In this document: positions 37,401-49,400 of the stretch, piece after piece
How the letters are laid out: the number at the start of each line of letters is the position of its first letter
Position numbering within the stretch: the first letter of the stretch is position 1
Source: Camelus dromedarius
Taxonomy: Eukaryota
Length of the DNA stretch: 64,000 bases
Direction of reading: 5' to 3'
Assembly: GCF_036321535.1 (NCBI RefSeq)
Contig: NC_087437.1
Span: forward strand, 21,020,001-21,084,000
Translations under genes and position numbers: made by a program
Notes under the pieces: generated by a model
The model's input: only the letters and a program-made list of their open reading frames with translations
The model's database searches: none
Told to the model about the DNA's origin: nothing

Positions 37401-40400
37401 CATACCAAAATTCTTACCCCCATGAATCTTACAGTTTAGTAGTGATAAACAATAAAGAAAATTTTTGTATAGCATATAGGATAATTATAAAGGACAGGGA
37501 CAAAAGTAAAGCAGGGAAAGAGAATAGAGAATGATGGGCTTAATGTGGAGAATTGCAATATTAAAAGTCTAGCCAAGGAAGGCTTCAGTGAGAAAGTGAT
37601 ATTTGAGGAAAGACCTAAAGAGGGTGAAGGAGTGAGCTATGTGGATATTTGGAGTAGTAGTGATGGAGACATAGCTAACAGCAGCTGGTTACAAAGGCCC
37701 TGAAACAGAAGTATGCCTGGAGTATTCAGGAGATAAGAGAATGCTTTTGTAACTACAGAAAAATGAGTAAGGGGGTAATCATAGGAATTGAGGTCAAAAA
37801 GATCATGGAGAAGCTAGATATTATAGGGCTTTGTGGGAGACTTTGAATAAGATGGAAAGGCACTGGAGAGTTTTAAGCAAAGGAATGACATCATTTGACT
37901 TACATTTTAATAAGATTGATCACTCTTGCTGAGTAATCAATCTCCATACACTCTATTCTGTGTGGAGAATAGAATGAACGGGGGGTCAAGGAGACCAATT
38001 AAGAGGCTATTGCAATAATCCAGGGGAGACAGGGTAGTAGCTTGGATGTGTTAGTAGCAGTGGAGGTTGTAAAAGTGTATCACATTCTGGATCTGTTTTA
38101 AAGATAGTACTTACGCACAAGATATGATTCGAGGATCACATATCAAGAGTGAGAAAAGTCAAGGATAAGTCCAAAGATTCAGGCTTACACAAGTAGACTG
38201 ATGAAGCTGCCTTTTTAAAAATAGACATGTGAGTTCTAATAATAGGAAAGAAGCTTGTGCTAGACTAACTCTTTCATAGATAATAAGTATAAACTTTAGG
38301 CAGAATATGTAAAACAACTCTCCAAAGAATTTGACACTTCAAAGATGAGAGCCATGCTGGGTGAGATTTATGTTTATTTGGCTTTTCCTCCTGAAAGCAC
38401 TCCCAACCTGTGCAGTATGAAGTGGTTAAAATTCAAGCAGAAAGCTATAGTTTTATTGGCTTGAGGTGTCAAAGGGCAGAGTTCAAACTGCCAGAGAAGC
38501 CAGAGATTAAGGAGGTAATGAGGATGAGCCCTCCAATCTGCATGTGAACTCCCCTGAAATCTTCAGCTGACTCTTGAACTGCTCATGCTAGGGGGAACTT
38601 CAAAGAGGCTAGTGAAAAGCAATAACTGAAAGATTAAAAAAGATGAGCAGAGATCTCAGTTTCTTTCCTCCTCAGAGACAGAGTTTGGAATTTTCATTGA
38701 AATCTCAAGAGGGTATTGGCTCAGAAGACTATGTCCCAGGATTAAGAATAAAGAAAGTATCATATAAATAAAGTATAAAACCAAGCCTCCAGATGATTAA
38801 TGCTATAATTCTTCAAAGGAAGATAACTGAATCCAGTTTCCACAATGTGTCATTCATAATGTTCATTATACAATGAAACATTAACAATGTTGAGAAGAAA
38901 CAGGAAAATGTGACACTAGTCAAAAGAAAAACTAATCAATAGAAGTAGACCCTATCGGTCTACACATTGGAATTAGCAGACAGGGACTTTAAAGCTATTA
39001 TGAATATCTTGAGGATTTAATGGAAAAGATAGTCATCATGCATAAAGAGATGGGGGATTCCAGCAAAAGAAAAAAATAGAAACTATAAAAAAGAATCAAA
39101 TGGAAATCTGGAATTGAAAAGTACAATATTGGAAATGAAAAATTTATTGGATAGGCTTAACAGCAGGTTGGAGATGTCAGAAGAAAGGTTCAGTGAACTT
39201 GAAGACAGAGCAATAGAAATTATCCACTCAAAGAACATAGAGGAAAAAGATTGGGGGGTGGGTAGGAATGGACAGAACCTCAGTGACTTGTAGGACAATA
39301 TCTAATATATGCATGGTTGGTATTCCAGAAGGAAAATACAGAAAGAGTGAGGCAGAAAAAAGTATTTGAAGAAATAATGGCCTAAAATTTCCCAGATTTG
39401 GTGAAAAACATTACCTTACATATCTAAGAAAATCAGGGAACGCCAAGCATAGTAAATACAAAGAAAATCATACTTAGACATATAATAATCAAACCAAAGA
39501 TAAAGGGAAAATCTGAAAAGCAGAGAAACAAAAGACAGATTACGTACAGGAGAATACAGTTAACAGCTAACTTCTCATAAGAAGCAACCAAAGCTAAAGA
39601 CAGTGGAAGGATGTCTCTCAAGTGCTGAAGGAAAAAAGTTCCCAACCTAGAATTCTAGTGAAAATTTCTTTCATAAATGAAACTTAGATAGACTGCAATC
39701 ATAAATGAAACTTAGATAGACTGCAAGCAGGCTTGCACTATAGGAAATGCTAAAGGAGATTCTTCAAGCTGAAGTGAAATAACACCAGATAGAAACTTAG
39801 ATCTGCAGGAAGGAATAAAGAGCACCGAAATGGTAAATATGTACATAAATACTGTATTTTCCCTTGATTTCTTTAAAAAGCAGCTGTTCCATGCAACATT
39901 AACATTGAACTGTAGAGTTTATAACTGTAGAGTATATAACAAATTTAGATGTAAAATACATGACAACAGTAGCACCAAGGAAGAGGATGGAGTAAATTAC
40001 TGTAAGGCTCTTACATTTAATGTGAAGTGACACAAGAATAATTTTAAGTAGATTGTAATGAGTTAAGGCTATATATATAATAATCTGTAAAACAAAACTT
40101 TAAAAAAAGGCTAACCCATCTCCTCTCCCCTGCCCAAAAAATAAATATGGCAGGAGAGGAAGAACAGAGGCACAAAAATCATATGGGACAAATAGAAAAC
40201 AAATACCAAAATGATAGTGTAAGCCCAACTATACCAATAATTAGAACAAATGTAACATCATATCTAAACTCGGGAGCAAAGAAAGGATTATCCAGTTTAA
40301 TCAGTTCTGTTCAGCATTGTACTGGAGGTTGTAAACAATGCAGTAGGACAACCCCTCCTCCAAAAAATGGGAAAAAAAAGAAAAGGAAGAAAAGGGCATA

Positions 40401-43400
40401 CAGAGTTACATAAAAAATCCTAAGGAGTCTTCAAAACAACTACTTAAACTAATAAGTGAATTTAGCAAGGCCTTAGGATACATAATGCATATATAAAGAT
40501 CAGTTGTATTTATATAACCTAGCATCAAACTGTTAGAAAATTGAAATTCTAAAAATAACACCATTTATAAAGCAGCATTCCTCTTCAAAAACAACCACCT
40601 AAAATACTTAGGAATAATTTTTTAGAATAAGTATAAGACTTAGTGAAAATGACCAAACATTGCTGAGATAAAATAAAGGAGACCTGAAATGGAAGGAGAC
40701 ATACATCATGTTTATAGATTTGAAGATTCAGTATATTTTAAGAAGTCACTTCTTAAATTCATCTTGTTTTAACACAGTCCCACTCCAAATCCTAGCAAGT
40801 TTTTTTTGTAAAAATTGACAAGTTGATTCTAAAATCTATGTCAATGGGAAAACAAAGGATTTAACAGAGCTGATGCAATACTGAAGAAATAGACCGAAGT
40901 TGGAGAACTAAGACTTACCATAAAGCTACAGGATTCAAGACTGAAATTTTGGCACAAGAGCTAGAGAGCTCGATGAACAGACAAGAGTCCAGAAACACAC
41001 ACACACATATACACATAAATATGGTCAATTCAGTTTTGACAAAGTGTCAAGGCAGTGCAATTGGAAAAGGAGAGTCTTCTCGGCAGATGTTGCTGGAACA
41101 ACTGGATAAACATGGAAAGAAAATGAACCTCACCTTACCTCGTACTACACACAAAATTTAATTCAAGATGACAGGATCATAGGCCTTGGTGAAAACGCGG
41201 GGGACTATCTTTATAACCATGGAGTATGCAGGAATTTCTTAGGATATTAAAAGCACTAAACATTTTTAAGATAAATTGAACTTCATTAAAGTAAGACTTT
41301 CCCATATTTTTCCCACTCTTTATATCACCACTCCTTTTTCTTTTTTGTTATTACAATGGGCATAAAATGTACTACTTGGCAGTTGAAATTTTTCAAGACT
41401 TTGTTGGGATTTGAATTTCTTTAAACCATAAGCTAATGTTTTTCACAAGATATGGGCAACTTTTTACTTGTTTCTTCAAATATTTTTCCTGCCCCTTTTC
41501 TCTCCGTCCGACACTCAGGCATACTTGATAGTGTCTCACAGATCTCTCTGAGAGTCACTTCACTTGTCATTCTTTTTTTATCTTTGTTCCTTAGAGTAGA
41601 TAATTTCTATTTAAGCTCATTGATTGTTTCTCATCTCAAATCTGCTCTTCAGCTCACACAGTGAATTTTTCATTCTATTTATTGTGCTTTTCAGCTCTAG
41701 AATTTCTACTTGTTTCTTTTTATAGTTTCCATTTTTCTGATTAGAGTCCATATTTGTTCAGTCATTATTAGCGTATCTTCCTTGAATTATTTGAACATAT
41801 TTATAATGGCTGCTTTGAGGTCTTTGCTCACTAAGAGAATAAATTCAACATCTGAATCCACTCAGTCATTTTCAGTTGTCTGCTTTCTTTCTCCAGTATG
41901 GGTCACACTTTCCTATTTCTTTCCGTATCTTATTTTGGGTTAAAAACTGGACATTGTAGATAATACATTGTAGTGTGTCTGGATTCTGTTTGTTCTTCTG
42001 AAAGTTTACCTAGACTCACATGCAGTGTACGTGTGTGTGTGTCTTTCTCTCTTTTTCTTTCTGTCTGTCAGTGTATGGCTGCTATTGTCTTTGCTCAGAT
42101 TTTGGGTTTTTTCCCTAATCCCATCTGCTTCCCTAGGGGTCTCACCTGAGCTTGCTCAGTTGGCGTCAGCCAGTGATTTGCACATAGAGCTCAAATACCT
42201 GAAGCCAGTAGGTCTTCTTCTCACCTGAGCTGCGTGTGAGCCGGAACACATTCAGAGGCACAGCAAATTCACAAGTCTTACAGACTTCCCACTTTTTCTG
42301 GACTCTCTGGGATGGTTTACATACATGTGGCTTTAGCAGTCAGCCACGGATGTGGAGAGTTCATTATCTCAGCCTTGTTTTAAAAAAACTCTCTTATTTT
42401 CAAAATCTCACCCTTAAGCTGAATCTGTAAATTCCAGCCAGTAAAGCTGTGAGTTTTCCCTGAGCGGGGGAATTCTGGAAACACCCCCAGGGAGGAAGAC
42501 CATAAACTCACAGTCCTTACCCTGTGCAGTAGCAGTCGTCCATGAGTGAGCGTGTCTCAGAGTTTGGCCTGCCTTTGGTGGTTTTCCAGTGCCCCAAAGT
42601 GGTTGTTTTTAATAATTTGCCCAGTTTTATACTTACTTCCTGAGGAATGGAGTTACTCAACCAACTACTATCAGAAAATAGACTTGTGGTTATTTAGCTG
42701 TGTTCCTTGAAACCGGTAAATAGCTGGACTTCTGTTTTTCTTGTGGTGGTAATGGGTTTTTTTGATGGAGATATAATTCACATACCATAAAACTCACCCG
42801 TTTAAAGTGTACAGTTGATTTTTAGTATATTCACAAAGTTGTACAATGAGCACTAGTTGCAGAACATTTTCATCCCCCCAAAAAGAAAACCTATACCTGT
42901 TAACAGTCACTGCCTGTTCGTCCCTTCTCCCAGTCCCTGGCAGACACAGATCTGCTTTCTGTCTCTATGGATCTGCCTGTTGGACATTTCATATAAATGG
43001 ACCTAAATATATAACCTTTTATAACTGGCTTCTTTCACTTAGCATAATGTTTTCAAAGTTAATCCATGATGCAGCATGAATCAGTACTTTATTCCTTTTA
43101 TGGCTGAATAATATTCCATTGTTTGGATATATTCCAAATTTTATCAGTTCATCAGTTGATATACATTTAGATTGTTTCCAGTTTTTTACTATTGTGAATA
43201 ATGCTGCTGTGAACATTCATGTACAAGTTTTTGTGTGGACATGTGTTTTCAGTTCTCATGGTCTGTACTCAAGAGTGGAATCAGTGAGTCATATGGGTAA
43301 CTTACTGTGTTTAACTTTTTGAGACGATAATGGTGATTTTAGCCAAATCTGGATTTTAGTCATTTAATAGGGAAATTTAATGCACTCACATTTAACACAA

Positions 43401-46400
43401 AGTAATTGCTACTTTGTTTTGTATATTCTGTTTATTAGGCTTTTCTATTTATTGGGTTTATTTTTTTTCCTGCCTTTTTGTTGGAATAATCAGTCCCACA
43501 CATGCTCACATTATCTATTTAGTGAGAAACTTGGGCATCCTGTTTCTGCCTTTAAATTGTTAACAGGTTAAATTTACATATTTATCTTAACGTCTGCAGT
43601 TAATCACAGTCTCCATGCAAGTTGAGAAAGAACGTGAATATGTTTTCAGTTTATTTTTTTCCTATCATCTGCCTAATGAAGTCATCTGAAATTTTAGTGC
43701 TACGTTCTCTTTTACCATTTTATATTATGTTTTAATGATTTTCTATCTATTCTTATTAAGTTTTTCTTTGCCCAGTACTATTTCTTATATAACACACTTG
43801 TCTTTTTCCTGCATTCTTATTTATTTTGCAGGAATATATCCTCAAGGAATTATTTCAGATGGACTTTAGGGCTGATAAATTTTCTGAGTCCTTGCATATA
43901 AAAACCAACAAAGTCTGTATTCTACCCTTACTCTAGAAGGGTAAAATTTAAATTGGATTTAAAATCATTTCCCACAGAACTTTGAAGATACTATTCCATG
44001 GTTTGCTAGTTTCCCTTGTTGATGGTGAGAATTTTGATGTCATTCTGATTCTCAATCTTGATTCTTCTCCCTAGAAACTCCCAGGACTTTCTTTAAGCTG
44101 CAGGTTTTAATATTTTACTGCCCACTGGCTAGGTATTATCTTTTTTCTTCCATCCTGCTTAGCACTTGTTGGATCGTTTCAATCTGAAGATTTCTGCTTT
44201 CATCTCTGGGACATTCTCATTGGTAATTTTCTTCTGAACACTCTTTCTGTTCTGTTTCTGGAATGCTTATTAGACAGATACTGAAACTTCTAAATTCATC
44301 CACCGTGGCTCTTAACACTATTACTTTGTTTCTTTGTCCCTTTGTACTCTACGTTTGGAGAGTCCTCAGTAAAATCCCCCGTTTTACTAGTGCACCTTGC
44401 AGTTCTTTCCAGTTAACACTATTAACTGATGACATCACACGTGCCTGGGAGCAATGCGCTTTCTCTACATATGCTGTGTCATAATTTGCCTAGAAATGAA
44501 CAGACACAGTGGTTCTAGGTATGTGCATGCTTTGTGTATTCAACAAATCAAGACGGAAACTTCCTGCAAAATTCTAAAGTTCTCTGGAATCTTTGTGGTG
44601 CCCCATGGAGGTTGGTACCCAAAGATATTCTCCTCTGCCCACTAATTTATTATACCCCTGATTTCCTCAGATGTATTCTGTTTGTTGTATGTGTGTCTCT
44701 CTTCAGAGTGCTGATTTTCCTCATCTGGTGATTTTTTTTTTGTGACTTGCTCATCTTTGTGTTACAGTCCATTTACCTGCTTGAGTGTTCAGTAGCTGAC
44801 CGCCAGCGGTTGCGAGGGAGGGACAGGACGAGCTGCTGAGGGGCAAGGGTGCTAGTGCTTGTCTAATGGCGCGGCACTGCTCCACAGCCCGGGCCGCGCC
44901 CTCACTGCTTAGCCTGGGCACACGCCTCTTGACTGCTGCTTAGCACTAGCCGGCGGGGGGCGGGGGTGGGGTGGGGGTGGGTGGAGGACCTAATTGGCCC
45001 AGCTGTTCCCGGTGCAGCTCACCAATTAATCATCCTGATACATGTCTGGTGTGTCCCCCCACCCCGCTCAGCTGTCTGTGTCCACTGACTCTGGCCTGAA
45101 GCTCTTCTGACCAGTCCTACTTTTGCGGGTGTCTTTTCCTACATGTGGCTCAGGCTGTGGCTTCCTTCAGTTTACTCTCTTCCCGTCTCCCCCAGCCCCC
45201 TCATAAACTTGATCTTGTCTGCCTCCAGGAGACTGCTGATAGTCTTTTCTCATTTTCCCATGTAGATATGATTTGTATCTGTTGAATTTAAATTCAACAT
45301 AAGAGTTTTCCCTAACTACCCAATTTAAAATAACTTCCCAATTTCTATGACATCACCTTGGGTTATTTTCATTACAGCATTCATCTCTACCTAATATTTA
45401 TTTGTCTTTCATCAGTCTTTCTAGACCTAAATGCAGACTTTATTAGGGGCCTTATGTGTTTTGTTTACTGCTATATCTCAAGTGGCTAGGACAGTGTCTG
45501 GTATATAATAGACATTCAATGTATGATAGTTGAATTAAGTGACGTTATCATTTAAAAAAAACGGTTATCACATTGCTTGAATTACACAAATTTTAGATTT
45601 TACAGGAGGAACCAGGCTTAGCAAATATTAACCTTGCTGTTCAAGGACAAAAACCTTCATTAACCACAAATTAAGTGTCTTTGACCAAAAAACTATACAT
45701 TAATCCACGGATAATATAAAATGTAGAAGTATCCAACACTTCAGCCATATGTCATTAAAGCAGAGTTTGGTGGGAGAGGGAGGCAAAGCTTTGATTTTCT
45801 AAGAACAACATTACAGAATGACCAGAAAAAGTCATAATTAACATTTGCCTATAGCTTCTATGACTATATGAGATGTCATTTATTCTCAAGTAAATTTTAA
45901 GTTGAAATGCATTATATCCTTGTGCTATATTATTATGGAGCTCCTTCAACAAACTCAAATTTCCAAATTCTCAAATTGGGTTGATGATTCACTCCATCAA
46001 ATATAATTTTTTACTTTTGTTCCCTATCTCAAGAGTAAATTTGGTAGCTCCAGTCAGCTGACCAGCTAATATGTGATAGTAATGAACAGTTTTTCAATTT
46101 CAAATCATTGTTTTTGAGTTAAATATTCCTTATTTAATTATTAGATTGGAAAAAACCAGAAAAATACACTTAGGCACAGTCAGAATCATTGTGTATGTAA
46201 TAACTCCATGAAAGAGAATCCCGTGTCTCAGCACATTTTGAGTAGGCCTTTATTGATAAGGACATATTTTTTCAGTCCCCATATAATTAATCTTACAAAT
46301 TTATAATAACATTTTTATTTTATACATAAGAGATCAAATTTATTCCTGCATTTTTCCTTGAAAATGTTTTAATTTTATATCAAAAAAAAAGTAAAGTGGG

Positions 46401-49400
46401 AGTCACACTGTAGAAAATAATCAAAATTCATCTATTCCATAAAACAAATACTTACATATGTACCACTTGAAAATCTGTTTCCTGCTTCTATGCCTACCTT
46501 CAAAAGAATTATCTTAAACCTTGTCATTTATCCTGCTTCTTGTATTATTTAGGCAAAGATGCAATTTACACAATTCCAGTGAAAAACATTCTTGCTGTGG
46601 AAAAACTGGAAGAGAGCTCTTTCAACAAGAAAAATGTAAGTGACATAAATAATTTAAAGCACTTTAAACTGCATATATTACTTAGCTATAAATTTTAAGG
46701 AGGTTATTTTAGTGTTTGTTATTAATCACTAATATTTTATAATTGCTGGCTAGAACTGTGTCTTAAAATTGCCCACTGTTGTTGATGCTCACCTATCAAG
46801 TTAAGGTACTTTTCTCAATACTTTTGTTCTATCAAACTTCTCAGCTTGACGTTAAGTCTTTAATAATACTAGTCCTAACTAGTCTGTGCAACCGTATCTT
46901 CTGCTGCTCTTCAGTATGTACCATCCACTCAAGCCATCCAAGATGATTTCCTTGTTCCTTTGTATTTTCCTTCTGCTTTGCCTTTACTCATACATTTTCC
47001 TCCATCTGAAATTATCTTCCTTGATTCCTGTTTATATGATAGTCTATTCCTTTGCAGTTGTCTGGCTTCTTAAAATTATATTCTTTTGTACTATTGAGTA
47101 CCATGTGATTCAGACTGTCCTGGGGACTAACTTGCTTGCAAAGTAACAATTCATAAGATACCCAAGCAACAGTTATCTAGCCAAGGAAACTATATTTCTG
47201 TTATATGCTTTTTGTGTTTCATAATGTGTTTGGTTTTTAGACTTTGTCACTAACTTTTTAATCTTAATTGCCTATGAAGATGTTCCAAGTGATACATACG
47301 GAGAAACCACTCTATGTCCAGGCAAATAACTGTGTAGAAGCTAATGAATGGATAGACGTCCTCTGCAGGGTGAGCCGATGCAATCAGAACAGGCTCAGTT
47401 TTTATCACCCCTCTGCATATCTAAACGGAAACTGGCTCTGCTGTCTGGAGACCAGTGAGAGTGCTCTCGGCTGCAAGCGATGTACTGCGTAAGTTTCTTT
47501 TTGATTAAAAAAGTTTCAAATTATTATAAAATAATAATAATTTTTTAGTATTATAAAGTGGAACGAAGTCCTGATACATGCTACAGCACAGGTGAACCTA
47601 GAAAACATGCTGAAAGAAGCCAGACACAAAGGCCATATACTGTATGATAACATTTGTGTAAAGTGTCCAGAATAGGTAAATTTCTAGAGACACAAAGTAG
47701 ATTAGTGATTGTGAGGGACTAGAGGGAGGGAGGAATGGGGAATGCTAATGGGGGTACAGGGGTTTTTTTAGGGGAGATGATAAAAATGTTCCCAAATAAA
47801 CTGTGATTGCACAAGTCAAAAAAAGATGAGGGGGGCAGTGTTTAAATAGATGCGCGAGTGTGAGCCTGATATTGGGGAAGAAGGGCTTAGGAGTCTCCCT
47901 CTAATTGAAGCCCTATGGATTTAAAAAGTAAAGTATGCCTTTTGTGATGAAGCATAAGTTATGAAAATGCTTTCACTTTAAGATTCCTCTCCTTTTGATT
48001 AGAGTCACAAAATGACCGAACCTCTCTTGGCCCCATTTTATTTAATTATTAAGTTAGACTAGATTCCTGAGGTTCCTTCTACAAAATTCTGTGGTTCTGT
48101 TTTTAGTCTCAGACTGTCAAAAGTCAGTAGCGTGTTAACAGAGTGAAATTTTTCCAATGTCTTTGATTTCATTTTTACCATAGAGGTGTCCCTGCAGACA
48201 TCCAGATAGATATTGATGAAGACAGAGAAACAGAAAGGATTTATTCCCTTTTTACCCTCAGTTCACTTAAGCTGCAGAAAATGGAAGGTAACTATACAAC
48301 TGAAATACTTTATATAACCATGATCCTTCATTACGAATTAGTGAAATGTTGTTTGGCATTTTCTTAAAGTTGAAGATACGCATAGATTTCCCAAAACGTT
48401 ACTTCTATGAAAGTTGACAAACTCCCAATGGGAGCCTTTTTCATAGATATTCATCAAGTGAAAATACTGTTTTTGATAAATGGGATGATCATAATTAATA
48501 AAATGTATGTATTTTGGTTGTCTGTGCATTTCCGGGGGCGATCTCCCCAGCTTGAGCCCCTTGAAACATTCTTGTTTATACTACCAATTACATTTAATGA
48601 CCTAGCTGTCTGACCAGAGACCTTCTTGCTCCTCATAGAGGCCTGTGGGACTATAGCCGTCTATCAAGGACCACAGAAAGAGCCCGATGACTATTCTAAC
48701 TTTGTAATTGAGGATTCTGTAACAACCTTTAAGACAATTCAACAAATAAAAAGCATCATAGAGAAGCTAGATGAACCTCATGAAAAGTATAGGAAGAAGA
48801 GATCAAGTAGTGCGAAATATGGGAGCAAGTAAGTATTTTTAAGACACTTGAAACGTAGCTGGGACATAGTGAGACCGCCTCTGCTCCCTTGCACTCGCCT
48901 GCAGTGCAGGCCTCCTGCTCGCTTCACCTCTAAGGCCAGCTCAAAACCTTTCCCTTGCGCAAGAGTCTCCCTGGCCACTCGTACGGTGATCCTGGTCTTT
49001 TTCAGTCCTGGTATCATTTCATTCTGTTGGTGCTGTACTTTGTCACCATTTACAATGTTATATTCCACTGTAACCACTGAATCGAATACTTGGTAGTTTT
49101 CTGTTTTTGTTCTCTGATCCCCTTCCTTCCTTCCATCTCCCACAGTGCCTCTGTACCTGCTAAGCACTGAAAAACAGCCAGCTGGGAAAGTGCTAGAAGT
49201 GTCTTACAGTTGATGCTTTGGCTGCATCTCGGATGCAGATGGGCACCGCAGAGGAAAACGGCAGTAACAGTTAACACTTATCTCAGAGCTTACTCGGCGC
49301 CCTGGACAGCGTGCCCAGGACTTTACATCGTGTCCGTTAGATTGTTTGTAGTAGCAAATAACAGAAAATCCCAGTTGAAGTGGTTTACACAGTCAGACGT

